Part shown: one piece after another, positions 1 to 13,694 of the stretch | How the letters are laid out: each line of letters opens with the position of its first letter | Position numbering within the stretch: the first letter of the stretch is position 1 | Assembly (NCBI GenBank): GCA_951406725.2 | Contig: OX597819.1 | Location: 39,494,001 to 39,558,000 of the forward strand | Source of the DNA: Octopus vulgaris | Lineage: Eukaryota | DNA length: 64,000 nucleotides | Direction of reading: 5' to 3' | The notes under the pieces: model-generated | The model's database searches: none | Seen by the model: the letters and a program-made list of their open reading frames with translations, nothing else | What the model was told of the DNA's origin: nothing | Made by a program: the position numbers and the translations under genes

Positions 1-120
1 ACTGGATCATTGCATCCCACAGGATTTTGTAATTCTCATTCTCGGTGACTCCTTCTGGAGTTTGCTCATACCACGTCTTAGTTCTTTGTAGGCCGTGATT
101 TTCACAGAACTCTCAATGGA

Positions 121-190
<70 letters not shown>

Positions 191-217
191 GTTGTTGTTG
201 TTGTTGTTGTTATTATA

Positions 218-630
218 CAGGAGTGGGTGTGTGGTAAGAAGCTTGCTTACCAACCACATGGTTTCGAGTTCAGTCCCACTGCGTAGCACCTAAGGCAAGT
301 GGTACCTTGGGCAAGTGGCACCTTGGGCAACAAAAGCGGATTTGGTGGACGGAAATGAAAGAAGCCCGTCGTATATATGTATATATATACATGTGTATAT
401 ATATGTGTGTGTGAGTCTGTGTCTATGTTTGTCCCCCCCACTATCGCTCCACAACCGATGTTGGTGTGTTTACGTCCTCGTAGTCTAGTGGTTCAGCAAA
501 AGAGACCGATAGAATAAGTATCAGGCTTAAATGAATAAGTCTAGGGGTTGATTTCTTCGACTAAAAGGCAGTGCTCCAGCAAGGCTCCAGTCAAATGACT
601 GAAACAAGCAAAAGAATAAAAGAATAAAAC
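218..630 (+). mobile_element. SINE family A copy (tRNA-derived head, internal TA/TG microsatellite, (AAAAGAGT)-like tail)
   Basis: GGAGTGG..GTGTGGTAAG A-box-like and GTTCAGTCCC B-box-like head; body repeated >10 times in the window. Confidence 0.85.
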
Positions 631-649
631 GATATATACATATATATAT

Positions 650-684
<35 letters not shown>

Positions 685-685
685 A

Positions 686-1545
<860 letters not shown>

Positions 1546-1894
1546 AAATATAAAACAAACGAACAATTGTATTATATATATAAATAAAACAAGTCTTTAA
1601 CGTATATTGTATGTGTTTGCGTGCCTTACTTATTAGCGACAGAAGCAGTATCTCTTATTATAATTAATACTAAAATATAATATCTATATCCAATTTAACA
1701 TGAACGTCTTGTTAGAGTACTGAATGCTGCGTTATTTATCTCGAGAGAACCGTCCATTTAGGCACTTAGTGCATAAAAGCAACTGTACGCATCCAGCGCC
1801 TATATGACAGGATCTCTCAAGGCTAATAGCGTAGCTTTCAGTGTTCTAGCAAGGCATCCATGTTTAGTTGGATATAACGATGACTTTTTGATAA

Positions 1895-2075
1895 TATATG
1901 GTTGAAATTTAAAGAAAAACAAATGACGAAGACAGGTGTATGAACAAAAAGCAGGTGTCTTAGTTTGACGCTCGGGAAAGTGAAAAAGTTTTTTACGTTT
2001 CGAGCCTACGCTCTTCAACAGAAGGGATAAGAGAAAATAAACAGAGAGAATAAAAAAAACTCGTGGATTTAGCGG
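1895..2075 (-). mobile_element. Short PLE-pLTR-like repeat family E with degenerate hammerhead (GAGC-GTAG-GCTC-GAAACGTA)
   Basis: Homologous to 16900-17075, 19250-19340, 28873-29267 and 37685-37840. Confidence 0.65.
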
Positions 2076-2365
2076 TCAAGCATATACACATATATACACA
2101 AATATGTATATATATATATGTATACATACATACGTACATACATACATACATACATACATACATACATACATACATACATACATACATACATACATACATA
2201 CATTTATACACTCACGCACGGAAATAGCTAAATTCTTTGGCTGCTATTTCTAAAAGTTCGGTGTGTGGTAAAGTAAATTTTTTTTACTGAACCCTAATTA
2301 CATACTGAACACTGGTTGGTAAAATTATCAATTACTAATAAATTAATTTTACCCTTATTATTATT

Positions 2366-2413
<48 letters not shown>

Positions 2414-2922
2414 TGTAATTGTGTCATTTTTCCAAGTAAAACATTTAAAGTAGTACCGTGCTTTGCCCATACACCAAGATATATATATATGTGTGTACGT
2501 GTGTGTGTTGATGTGTGCGCATGTATAGGTTTTTGTATGTGTGGGCGCATCTATGTATGAGTGTATCTGTGTGCGCGCATGCGTGCTGTATGTTTGTACC
2601 CTCCGTTTAACTGGGTCCACCATTTGCCCACCTTCAAGTTCCAAGTTATCATAGTTTTTCTCTTATTATTTAATCTCACCGGGTATCTAAGTTATTGGAG
2701 TTCATCAAATATTGAATCTATTTTCCGACTACCCAGTCAGTTCAAGGCCTTACTACCGGGGTTCTGCCTTGACGCCATGATAATATAAAGCGAGGGCAAG
2801 TAGTGTAAAGTGCCATGCCTCAGGCTATAAGAGAAGAATTATGCGGCGCGAAACGTTCTCTTAAAACCACGCGTCGAGATAGCATTAACACATGTAAGCA
2901 CACGAGCACAAATACACATGCA

Positions 2923-2961
<39 letters not shown>

Positions 2962-4039
2962 TTATATATACACCGGCATGAACCAATATGGAAGCATGCA
3001 CATATCTACTAGCGGGCACACGCACAAACATGCACGTACACTCAAATTCACAAGCACACACATTGACACAGAAATATAAACAAGATTCCACGCACATATA
3101 TATTTGCAAAGGTGTCTGTAGTATAGTAGTTTGTACACATTCTCAATAGACGTACAATATGTATGCGTGTGAACGTGTGTATATATCTTTATTCGTGCAC
3201 GTTTGTCTCAGTGTGTGTGCGTGTGTGTGTGTGTGAGTGTGTTTATGAACGTAAACGTATCCATATCTTTTCGTACATATGGAGATTATGAGCATGCATA
3301 ATCATATACGAGTAAGAAATACTGACGTAGTTGCTCCCACGTACACACTGATGTTCACCTGCACATATGCGAATGTCCACACACCCACAAGCATGAAGTG
3401 AGAGAAATACACCTAGAGATTATATAATATAATCATATCAATGAGGAATGTTTTCAATTTCACATCCAACATAACTATATTGGAAAGTGAAAGTAAAAGT
3501 TGTGGAAGAGGAAAAGAGAGGTTTCAAAGAGCGAGTGAGAATGGGGGAGGTGAACAGGGAAGAGAGTGAGGGAGAAAATTCGAAGAGAGAGAGAGAGAAA
3601 GAAAGAGATAATAGAGAAATTGTGGAAGAGAGAATGAGAGAAAGAGAGACAATGGTAATATAGACACCTCGTACATTCTTCGTATTGCTCTATCAAAGAA
3701 CTACAGAAAATGAAATTAAATGCGATTTTTATTTCGTATATTTTCTTTCTTTTTTTTTTTTTCACATTTTTCTCAGAAATATTTTTATTTATTTAATGTA
3801 TATTCTTATATGCGAGCTGATAATGAAATGATCCACGCCCTTTTTTCATCTTCAGGGTATTAAAATGGACATCAAACTGCGTTTCACACAGCGCTAAAGT
3901 CATCAACCAAATGTATCCGCAAGCTTAGATGCAGTGGGTACCATTTTCAGGCGGAAGTGCGGTTCTCTGTGACATACTCCATCACACTTCCCGCCAAGCT
4001 GACTCGTCAAAGAAACAGCGTGTAAAATCCAATCTCTCA

Positions 4040-4325
4040 GACATTCTTTCCAATTTATATATTTTCTTTCTTTCTTTCGTTCCTTTTTTCTTTCTCTCTC
4101 GCTCTCCTCTTTCTTTTCTCTTTCTTTCTTCCATCCTTTCTTTCTTTTCTCTTTCTTTCACTTTCACTCTCTCTTTCTTTCCTTTTCTATCGCTTTCTTT
4201 CTCTTTTTCGTTCGCTCTCTTTCTTTTTCTATCTTTCTTTCTTCCTTCTTTCCTTCCTTCCTTTGTTTCTTTTTCCGTCTTTCTTTCATTCTCTCTTTCT
4301 CTGTCTTTCTTTCATTTCCTCTTTC

Positions 4326-4383
<58 letters not shown>

Positions 4384-4660
4384 TTCCTTCCTTTCTTCAT
4401 TTCTTTCATTCTCTCTCTTTGTTTTTTCATTCTTTCTCCTCGTTCAAACTTTCTCTCCCCCCTCTTCTCTTTTCCTTTCTTTCTTTCTATTTCTTTCTTT
4501 CATTCATTCATTCCTTCGTTTTCTGTTTCTCGTTCTTTCTTTCTTTCCTTCTTTCTTTCTCCTCGTTCAAACTCTCTCTCCCCTCCTTCTCTTTGCCCCT
4601 TCACTTCATATATTTGTCTTTCCGTCTCTTGCTGTATTTACTCTTTCTGTTTAGATATTT
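4040..4660. repeat. Polypyrimidine (CTTT/CT) low-complexity tract
   Basis: Direct reading; explains the 241-aa F/S/L ORF. Confidence 0.9.
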
Positions 4661-5757
4661 AATCTTATTTATTCTTCAAAAATATTTTGTTTATTCTATT
4701 TCTTTGTAATTATATTTGCTCAAGATAACATATCTATTGTATCTAGAAATATTTGGCTCTGTGTTTGCTTGTACATTTATAATTAACTACCTAGACAGCT
4801 ATCAACGTATTTTGGTGCATTCGCCAACCTGTCATCAAAACTTAGTATAGTTTTCCTCGTGAAATTGATATATATATACTTCACGACAAGATACTAAAGC
4901 ATCAAAGACAAACCATAGATTTCTACTAATTGCAACTTGTTTTGACGTCGTTTCTGACTGCTTCGCTGAAATATTTGTCAAACTTTATCTCAACTTACAC
5001 AAACATTATGAAGTAAAACATAACTCGTTGATTACACTTGAATCACGTTCTATTTGGACAAACTGCTGGGCAACCATCTTACACGGAAAATTTATCATCG
5101 CAGGAAATAAATACAATACGTACAATAAATGATGTTGTGTTACGTTAATTAATTCATTGTGTACTACACAATGTTTGGGGATAATTTGAAATCTAAGGAA
5201 TATCTGTTTTAACAAACATACAAATTTGGTCTTGCCGCGAAAGGTAAACAAATGGATACAAGTGAATTCGCCTGTCTAGTTTCTTGTTTTGTTAGAATAT
5301 CATTAGAGATCCTTCATCTGTCCAGTGTGTACAAACTAAAAGTCAGTTAAACCGGTGTGTCTAATTTGCATATCAGACTAGGTTAATACTGTCTTTCATC
5401 TATCGTCATCTCATCTTTATGGTAATTTTGGTCGATTTTACTATCCCGCACCCCCAAAATATGAAGCTTTGTTCCCTATGTTGGAAATCAACTCTAGCTA
5501 TGCTCTGAATTATTTAATTAGGGAGTACAAAATAAAATAGATATGAAGTAAAATAGGTACCCAACTCTAGCTGCACATTATCTAAAAGTATCGAACATGT
5601 TTTGATAACAATATAACTATTCATATTATGTATATGAGAACACTGAAAACAGCGAAAACCTGTTACATATCATGTAAGCCTTTAAGATAGTCATAAGGGC
5701 AATGATGTAACGGTTATTCATATGTATGGATTGGAAACGAAGATAAGAAATTATATA

Positions 5758-5790
<33 letters not shown>

Positions 5791-5791
<1 letters not shown>

Positions 5792-6215
5792 CTCTTTTAC
5801 TCTTTTACTTGTACAAGTCATTTGACTGCGGCGATGCTGGAGCACCGTCTTTAGTCGAGCAAATCGACCCCAGGACTTATTCTTTGTAAGCCTAGTACTT
5901 ATTCTATCGGTCTCTTTTGCCGAACCGCTAAGTCCGAACCGCTAAGTTACGGGGACGTAAACACACCAGCATCGGTTGTCAAGCGATGTTGGGGGGACAA
6001 ACACCGACACACAAACACAGACATACACACACACACATATATATGCATATATACGACTGGCTACTTTTCAGTTTCTGTCCACCAAATCCACTCACAAGGC
6101 TTTGGTCGGCCCGAGGCTATAGTAGAAGACACTTGCCCAATGTGCCACGCAGTGGGACTGAATCCGGAACCATGTGGTTAGTAAGCAAGCTACTTACCAC
6201 ACAGCCACTCCTGCG

Positions 6216-6217
<2 letters not shown>
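5791..6217 (-). mobile_element. SINE family A, full length
   Basis: Reverse complement of the family A consensus. Confidence 0.88.
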
Positions 6218-6252
<35 letters not shown>

Positions 6253-6344
6253 GTTATGGTACTGACAAAAGTAGCAGCTTCACTAGAAATAGGGGTCAAC
6301 TCATAAGCCACAAAGAGCGCACTTAAAAGACAAGAGAGGCAGTG

Positions 6345-6880
6345 TAAGATAAGGGTGGATGTTGGGTCAGAAAGAAGAATGCGAAAGTTGTTGGTGAGTT
6401 TGTGCTTTAGGAGGACAGACAGGTGAGAGGTGAGAGAGAGTGGAATATGGTCAGTGGAAGTGCGTGAACATGTCTTTTCAAAAAGATAGTTGTCTTAGAA
6501 ATCTTGTTAGAAGCTTCACAGCTCCCAGCTCCGCACATCCAGGAACATTTAAATGTTCTCGCCGACGATGTAACACATGCCCCTACATCAACAACATTAC
6601 CACCATCTAGGGGCCCAAGAAGCAATATCACATAACATACGACTTCTGTTGCACTTCGGCGAATCATCATATGCAAAATCTGCGGTGCTCTTTACATTGG
6701 AGAAATAGGGCGACGCTTTGGGGATCGGTTTCGCGAACACATCAGAAGCATAATTCTACGTAGCCACCCACTTCACATTCAATTGCAGATTTGCCAGTGT
6801 GTGGCATGACCTTGCACCATGGACCACGCTTTCTAAGACTCGAAAGGAAGAACGTTTCATAGTTGATCTTGGAACTATGT
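6345..6880 (+). pseudogene. Penelope-like element GIY-YIG endonuclease/linker remnant
   Basis: Manual translation across frameshifts: GTFKCSRRRCNTCP...DFCCTS...ICKICGALYIGEIGRRFGDRFREHIRS, the PLE Cys-rich linker plus YIGE..R...R..EH motif; 6345-6460 reads as the upstream linker in inverted orientation. Confidence 0.8.
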
Positions 6881-7132
6881 CCCCTTTAATCCTTTCACCT
6901 CCTCTTCTTTTTATCCTTTTTAATCCTCCTTCCACCCTCTCCCAGCAACATTTCCGTATATACTTACCTCTACTCTCTCCATCACCCTAATCCTTCTCCT
7001 TTCTGCATGCTCTCTCCTATAACTTCTGTTTCACGTTAGCATTCCGTGTTATTCTACGTCCATTATCAGTTGCAGCAAGTTTTTCAAGCTGAGAGAATGT
7101 AAACTCTGTTTGACTTTCTTCTCTCTTTCTCT

Positions 7133-7166
7133 GTCCACTGACGAAGGATGGAATCCAAAACGTTGA
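7133..7166 (+). ncRNA. Degenerate hammerhead ribozyme motif downstream of the PLE remnant
   Basis: CTGACGA-A-GGAT-GGA-ATCC-AAAA-CG-TT (GAAA mutated to AAAA), abutting (TA)n. Confidence 0.55.
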
Positions 7167-7179
7167 ATATATATATATA

Positions 7180-7323
7180 TGGAGGCGCAATGGCCCAGTG
7201 GTTAGGGCAGCGGATTCGCGGTCGTAGGATCGCGGTTTCGATTCCCAGACCGGGCGTTGTGAGTGTTTATTGAGCGAAAGCACCCAAAAGCTCCACGAGG
7301 CTGCGGCAGGGTGGTGGTGGCGA
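7180..7323 (+). mobile_element. SINE family C, 5' part
   Basis: Head identical to other family C copies. Confidence 0.8.
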
Positions 7324-7541
7324 TCGATTTGGGGATTTGTGCCAAGGAGCATTTGTCCTTCCTCATCCATGTCTTCTGCAAAAGAGGCTAAATTTAAATG
7401 TGCTTACCTCACCATGCTTGCATGGTCATGTGAAGGCCCTAGGAACATTCCGAAAATAAAATAAGTGAATAATTCATAAAGATATAAAGATATTACTAAC
7501 AAATAGTAATATGTTAGTGGCAATGTAAAAGAGTAAAAGAG

Positions 7542-7542
<1 letters not shown>

Positions 7543-7623
<81 letters not shown>

Positions 7624-7704
7624 GTGATGATGATAATAATAATAATAATAATAACAATAATAATAATAATAATAATAATAATAGTAATAATAATAATAAT
7701 AATA

Positions 7705-7736
<32 letters not shown>

Positions 7737-7833
7737 AATGACAGTGATGATAATAATAGTAATAATAATATTGATAATAATAATAATAGTAATAATAATG
7801 ATAATAATAATAATAGTAATAATAATAATAATA

Positions 7834-7835
<2 letters not shown>
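7543..7835. repeat. (AAT)n/(GAT)n microsatellite
   Basis: Direct reading. Confidence 0.95.
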
Positions 7836-7864
<29 letters not shown>

Positions 7865-8021
7865 ACATAAGGGACTAAAGCCATCTGAATATGGCTAGGG
7901 ACAGGGCAGGGTGGTGGGGGGTGTTACTGTTGCATTTAGCCCCAGGCGAACATCGACGTCACCAGAAAGGCTCGACACCGTCACGGTGCCCTTAACCTGC
8001 AAAGGGAGGTAATTCCCCGAT

Positions 8022-8095
8022 GAAGCGGAAACCACACACGGACCATGGTTTCAAGGTGTATTGCCTATCGTCGGCGTGTGGTAGGCTTCCGCTTC
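8022..8095 (-). ncRNA. Type I hammerhead ribozyme (U4C core variant)
   Basis: Reverse complement of 8588-8661. Confidence 0.7.
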
Positions 8096-8587
8096 CTCGA
8101 CGAATCCTCACTCTGCAGGATATTCATATATAGATTTTCAAGCAAAATACATTTGCTGATTTCGAAAATCTGTTCGAAAGCAATAATAATTCTCTAAAAG
8201 AGATATAGACAGTAACTGCTCGATAACATAAGGGAAGCCTACCACACGCCGACGATAGGCAATACACCTTTAAACCATGGTCCGTGTGTGGTTTCCGCTT
8301 CATCGGGGAATTACCTCCCTTTGCAGGTTAAGGGCACCGTGACGGTGTCGAGCCTTTCTGGTGACGTCGATGTTCGCCTGGGGCTAAATGCAACAGTAAC
8401 ACCCCCACCACCCTGCCCTGTCCCTAGCCATATTCAGATGGCTTTAGTCCCTTATGTTATCGAGCAGTTACTGTCTATATCTCTTTTAGAGAATTATTAT
8501 TGCTTTCGAACAGATTTTCGAAATCAGCAAATGTATTTTGCTTGAAAATCTATATATGAATATCCTGCAGAGTGAGGATTCGTCGAG

Positions 8588-8661
8588 GAAGCGGAAGCCT
8601 ACCACACGCCGACGATAGGCAATACACCTTGAAACCATGGTCCGTGTGTGGTTTCCGCTTC
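8588..8661 (+). ncRNA. Type I hammerhead ribozyme (U4C core variant)
   Basis: Stem I CACACG/CGTGTG extended by GAAGCGGAAGC/GTTTCCGCTTC; core CCGACGA; stem II AGG-caataca-CCT; GAAA; palindromic stem III A-CCATGG-T; GUC cleavage triplet at 8640-8642. Confidence 0.72.
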
Positions 8662-8863
8662 ATCGGGGAATTACCTCCCTTTGCAGGTTAAGGGCACCGT
8701 GACGGTGTCGAGCCTTTCTGGTGACGTCGATGTTCGCCTGGGGCTAAATGCAACAGTAACACCCCCCACCACCCTGCCCTGTCCCTAGCCATATTCAGAT
8801 GGCTTTAGTCCCTTATGTTATCGAGCAGTTACTGTCTATATCTCTTTTAGAGAATTATTATTG

Positions 8864-8899
<36 letters not shown>

Positions 8900-8903
<4 letters not shown>

Positions 8904-9297
8904 TTAATCTTGTCTGCACGGTTCATGCTTGAATTGCTACTAATATTACTATCTGCTAGTAATATCCTTGTATATTTATAAATTATTCACTTAGTTCATT
9001 TTCGGAATGCGCCTTAGGCCTTTACATGAACAAGTAAGCATGGTGAGACGAGTATCATTAAATTTAGCTTCTTTTGTAATAGACTTGACTGAGGAAGGAC
9101 AAGTGCCCCTTGGCATAAATCCCAAAGTCGATACTAAGTTATCTGTCATCCCCTTTGCGGACGTCGCAGAGGTAAGAACGATAATTTGTATTCACCGCTC
9201 GCTTTTCAGCATGCTTGTTTTTAAGTGAGCTCTTTGTGGCCTAGGAATTGATATGACCCCTATTTCAAGCGAAGCTGGTACTTTTTCAGTATCATAA
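8900..9297 (+). mobile_element. PLE-pLTR-like repeat family F with decayed hammerhead (CTGAGGA-A-GGA...TCC-CAAA)
   Basis: Diverged inverted copies at 7325-7512 and 6250-6340. Confidence 0.55.
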
Positions 9298-9302
9298 TCT
9301 CT

Positions 9303-9720
9303 CTCTATATATAAAACTGAGAATATGTGTCTGTCTGTCTGTCTGTGTGTTTCCCTAAAACTTGAGAACTACACAACCAATTTTATTCAAATTTTACACA
9401 TGCCTTACTTAGGGTCCGGGAAGTGTCACCGGCAAAAAAGAATTTTTAAGTTTTTGCCTAGGGCAAGCCCACAGCAATATCATATCTTCCCCACTATGAT
9501 TCCCTAAAACTTGAGAACTACAAAACTAATTTCATTCAAATTTTACACATGCCTTACTTAGGGTCCATGGAGTGTCATGGGCAAAAAAAAATGTACAACA
9601 TCTTGCCTAGAGCGAGCCCATAGCAATATCATATCTTCTCCACTATTTCAGTATTACGTGTTAAAAGTGAAACAAAAACATTTCTCTATTTTATGTCAGA
9701 TACTTTCACTTTAACAATAA
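9303..9720 (+). mobile_element. Non-autonomous Helitron/HINE-like 5' region with ~150-bp internal tandem duplication
   Basis: TCTATATATAAAA start, (TGTC)n, then duplicated TTCCCTAAAACTTGAGAACTAC unit at ~9350 and ~9500. Confidence 0.5.
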
Positions 9721-10539
9721 AAATTAGAGATAATAATTACAATTGAATTATATGTAGTAAGTAATAATTAAAATCAAACTAAAGTATAATATAACAATTA
9801 AATCGTAACATAACAAAAGTAAAAATAGCAATTGGTATAAAATTGCATCAATGACTTGAACTTGAATCAGTGGTTTCACATGAATGGGAATAAATTAAAA
9901 ATAAAATTAGTGTGCAGAAATGGAATTGTCCAGATGGAGCTGTGCACATACCTTTTACCACAGCTTTTACATTAGATTATCTGCTAATTAGCTAGCATTA
10001 AGTATCTATATGAATGTTGGCTGTATGTAATGTCTGTTTTCTCGAACAGCCGCTTCTACTGAGTATTGCTGTTGGCTTATTTCTTATACATAAAGGACTA
10101 TAGCTTCAACTGCGTACTGCTTTTTGATTCACCGTAAGGTTTGTTGTTACTATTATTACTGTTTAACTATTGTTATCACGTTTGTTCGTTCCTCGAAAGG
10201 GAAACGTTGTTGTGTTGCATTTGTTAAATAATTATAAACCGTAACCCTCCCCCTTTGGGAGTAGGAGCTTTGGTTATTGTTTAAAAATTAAATTGTGTCC
10301 CTGTTTGGGGACACAATTCAATTTTGACAATATTTTCACCGTTTATACGGAAGCACTTTTGTTAAAATGCCTTCGATAAAAGAAAGTCCAAAAATGAATT
10401 TCGCTACAGCCGTCGGCGGGCGCTAACTCATTAAAATTAAAATGGAAGAAATACAAACCTATTTCTGATTGATCACCGACAAAGACGGTGAATCTAGGAT
10501 AACACCACCAAAAAAATAATAAATTAAATTAAAGACTAT

Positions 10540-10890
10540 TGTCTATAAAGTATACAATGTAGAGAAAACAAAAGATTTGAACACCTGGAGGAAAGCACCA
10601 TCGAAAAGTGTCTTGGTGCGACTATGAAAGATATCAAGTATCTAACCAGAGGCGGTAAATTTGCCACAATAGAAGCAAGGTTCTAGTCAACGGAGCGTGC
10701 AAGGGAGTACTCAACTCGAACCTTGCAAAGTGGAAATATTTTAATTTTACCTTTATATCTGGGACGTAGAACGTCCCGCATAAAAATTTAAGATGCCCCC
10801 CCAGAAGTAGAGGTAGGCTGGATTGTAGCCACACTTCTATACAAGAGGGAGGACAAGATACAATTGATCGAAATTGCAAGAGACGGGCCT
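10540..10890 (+). pseudogene. Gag/ORF1-like retroelement remnant, homologous to 51400-51750
   Basis: TIEKCLG..LTRGGKFATIEARF*STERAREYSTRTL..ILILPLYLGRRTSRIKI*DAPPEVEVGWIVATLLY aligns by eye to the 51-kb ORF; two in-frame stops. Confidence 0.7.
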
Positions 10891-11192
10891 ACAATTCCAG
10901 TCTGTTATATATTTTGAGTATTGTTATCACTAGCGATATCAAGATATGACTTTGTATTTTGTATTTTATGTGTAGATGTATATATATAGATGTACATGTA
11001 ATATGTACACATATATATATACACATATATACATGCCTTAGCACTATGACCTGGCAACGACGGGTCATAATGCTAGTTATATATATATGTATATATGTGT
11101 GTGTGCGTGTATTTATAGATATATATGTATATATATATATACATTATATATATATATATATATATATATATAAGCTAACTGCCGTTTCGACT

Positions 11193-11300
<108 letters not shown>

Positions 11301-11697
11301 TGTATGTATGTATGTATGTATGAGTCGAAACGGCAGTTAGCTTTTCGATAAGTTCTCGATTAATAAAGGCCGAAACTGAAATATGTATCGGGTTCTACAT
11401 GATCAATAAAAACCCTACAAGGTAAAAAGATATTTTTCTATTTCTCGTTCTTTCTATTTGACGTTAATTATAATTTGTCTCCGTAGGAGAAATAATTATG
11501 TACACTAAAGAATGTCGTGTTATATTTAATAATTCGTAGTTTACAGCCTTTGGGATTCATTCAAAATGTAAGGTATACTTAATTGTGTGTTTAATAAATA
11601 TATTCTCAACCTAACCTAACGAAGCGGTTACATCGTAAGGAAAAGATTTTATTAATTATAATATAATACAATATATGATATAATATAATATTATATT

Positions 11698-11730
11698 ACT
11701 AGCAGATATACCCGGCGCTGCCCGGTTTAA
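11698..11730 (-). mobile_element. Helitron-like 3' terminus (GC hairpin plus CTAG)
   Basis: Minus strand CCGGGCAGCGCCGGG...CTGCTAGT; similar end at 44527-44557. Confidence 0.45.
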
Positions 11731-12409
11731 AGAGTATGATGAAATTTTAAAACGCTGTTTAAATTACACATGTCTCAACTGCTAGTAGCTGAGATGCCAA
11801 CTTTCTACATTAATAACTCTCCAACACATGCCAGCATGGAACATAGACGTTAAGTGAAATGTTAAAAGAAAGTTTTCAACTCATGTATGTATATAAAGTA
11901 AATACACGTAATTCAAAAACACGTTCTATATAGCTCGTTTCGTAACCAAAAACTGGTACAGATTATAACCAATGAAAGGCCGATTTTGATGATTCATTTG
12001 ACAGAGGTAGTAGGGAGCCAACCCGATGATAAATCTGAACTTAGATCTTGCAAGTTTGCATGAATTTTAGCTCAGTTGAATCTCTTGTGGCTCCAAGTGA
12101 TGTCATCTGTAGTGCAGCGTTGCATTGCCTAATTTTGTTTTGGAAGTACTTGGAAGCTAGATTTAAAAAACAGCAACAATTTCTTAGCTATTACATACAT
12201 AAATAATATGTGTAATTGTTATATCGCACGTTCGGATGACCTCTACCCAACCCTTGACGTCTAGACTTCTCCCTTTATATCTACGTATTGGGCTAGCCTA
12301 CTTCATCGTCTGGGGGCGTCCACACAACAGTAATATCTTACATATTTCTGTGACTAGCATAGCTTCAGTTAATTTTGTATCACAGTATTTATAACCTAGA
12401 TAACCTTAT

Positions 12410-12837
12410 TCTTTCATTTGTTTCAGTCATTTGACTGCGGCCATGCTGGAGCACCGCCTTTAATGGAACAAATCGACTCCAGCACTTATTCTTTGTAAGC
12501 CTAGTACTTATTCTATTGGTCACTTTTGCCGAACCTCTAATTTATGGGGACGTAAACACACCAACATCGGTTGTCAAGCCATGATTGCGAGGAGAAATAC
12601 AGACACACAAACACATACACATACATACACACACACGCAAACACACACACGCAAACACACACACAAATATACGACGGGCTTTTTTCAGTTTCCGTCTACC
12701 AAATCCTTTCACAAGGCTTTCGTCGGCCTGAGTTTATAGTAGAAGACACTTGGTCAAGGTGCCATGCAGTGGGACTGAACCCAGAACTATGTGGTTGGTA
12801 AGCAAGCTACTTATCACACAGCCAGTCGTGCGCCTAT
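12410..12837 (-). mobile_element. SINE family A
   Basis: Consensus match. Confidence 0.85.
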
Positions 12838-13694
12838 AGAGACTTAGATATGTCTCGGACAAAAATTGGCCCAGGACATGTCTAACTTAATAGCACAACC
12901 TGATAGGATCTATTAAGTCATTTTAAAGTCAAGTTTTGGGGTATCATGACTCATTCAAGTAAAGAGTTGTTGCTGACTGAGATCTATCCAGATATAGGTG
13001 GCTCAACTTGTATCCCTTGAAGGAACTTGTCCAGGTTTCGTTTGAAGGTAACGGGCTCTTTTTCTTCTTTGATATGTTTTGAGAAAATTTATAATACAAA
13101 GCCTGTCGAGGAAAAGGCATTGTGTTGCAGTGAATTTGTGTTGTGAACCTGAATTGTGGCCCCAACCTTAGATGAATGCTGAATCTGATATTAAGGTTGT
13201 TTAGGCAATGCTTGTGGCATACTGTGCAAATGATGTAGCTCTCATGACGGCGTTGGAGAGAATAGATTCAGTGTATATTGTTTTAATATGGTTTTCTTTA
13301 AACTTTGACAATAAAAATGCATCAGACAATGGAATAGATTTATTTTATCTTAATCATACAAATTATATTTACTCTAGGACGATGTAAGGGTTTTTCAGGT
13401 GATTAACCCCCAAAGGCTCCCACATTTGAAACTTTGCAACTTTGCGTCGAGCTGCTGCAGATGAGATCCGACTTTTTCTTCCAGGCTCTCTCATTTTAAG
13501 CGTACATACCACACGTGCGCGGAGATATGTATGTATGTCATTTTTCAGTTTATTTCAAGATTTCTTGCCAATAGAAAAAGAAAGAACCGGGTATTTTTGT
13601 ATGTATGTATGTATGTATGTATGTATGTATGTATGTATGTATGTATGTATGTATGTATAATCTTTGTTTCAGAAAATAATGATGGAAGACCCTC

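Larger units (their letters stand above)
7862..8865. mobile_element. 360-bp hammerhead-bearing repeat unit (retrozyme/PLE pLTR-like): one inverted copy (7862-8234) plus about 1.75 tandem copies (8233-8865), inserted in (TA)n
   Basis: Period 360 (GGAAGCCT at 8233 and 8593); copies nearly identical; (TA)n on both sides. Confidence 0.8.

Noticed and set aside
3929-4654. 241-aa hydrophobic ORF
   Set aside because: Translation of a CT/CTTT low-complexity tract
10284-10325. Hairpin AATTGTGTCCC/GGGACACAATT resembling a terminator
   Set aside because: Lies in the 5' region of a retroelement remnant; no prokaryotic context; function unsupported
12840-13300. Possible Helitron helicase remnant (ELLLTEIYPDI)
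   Set aside because: Single short peptide resemblance; too degraded to support
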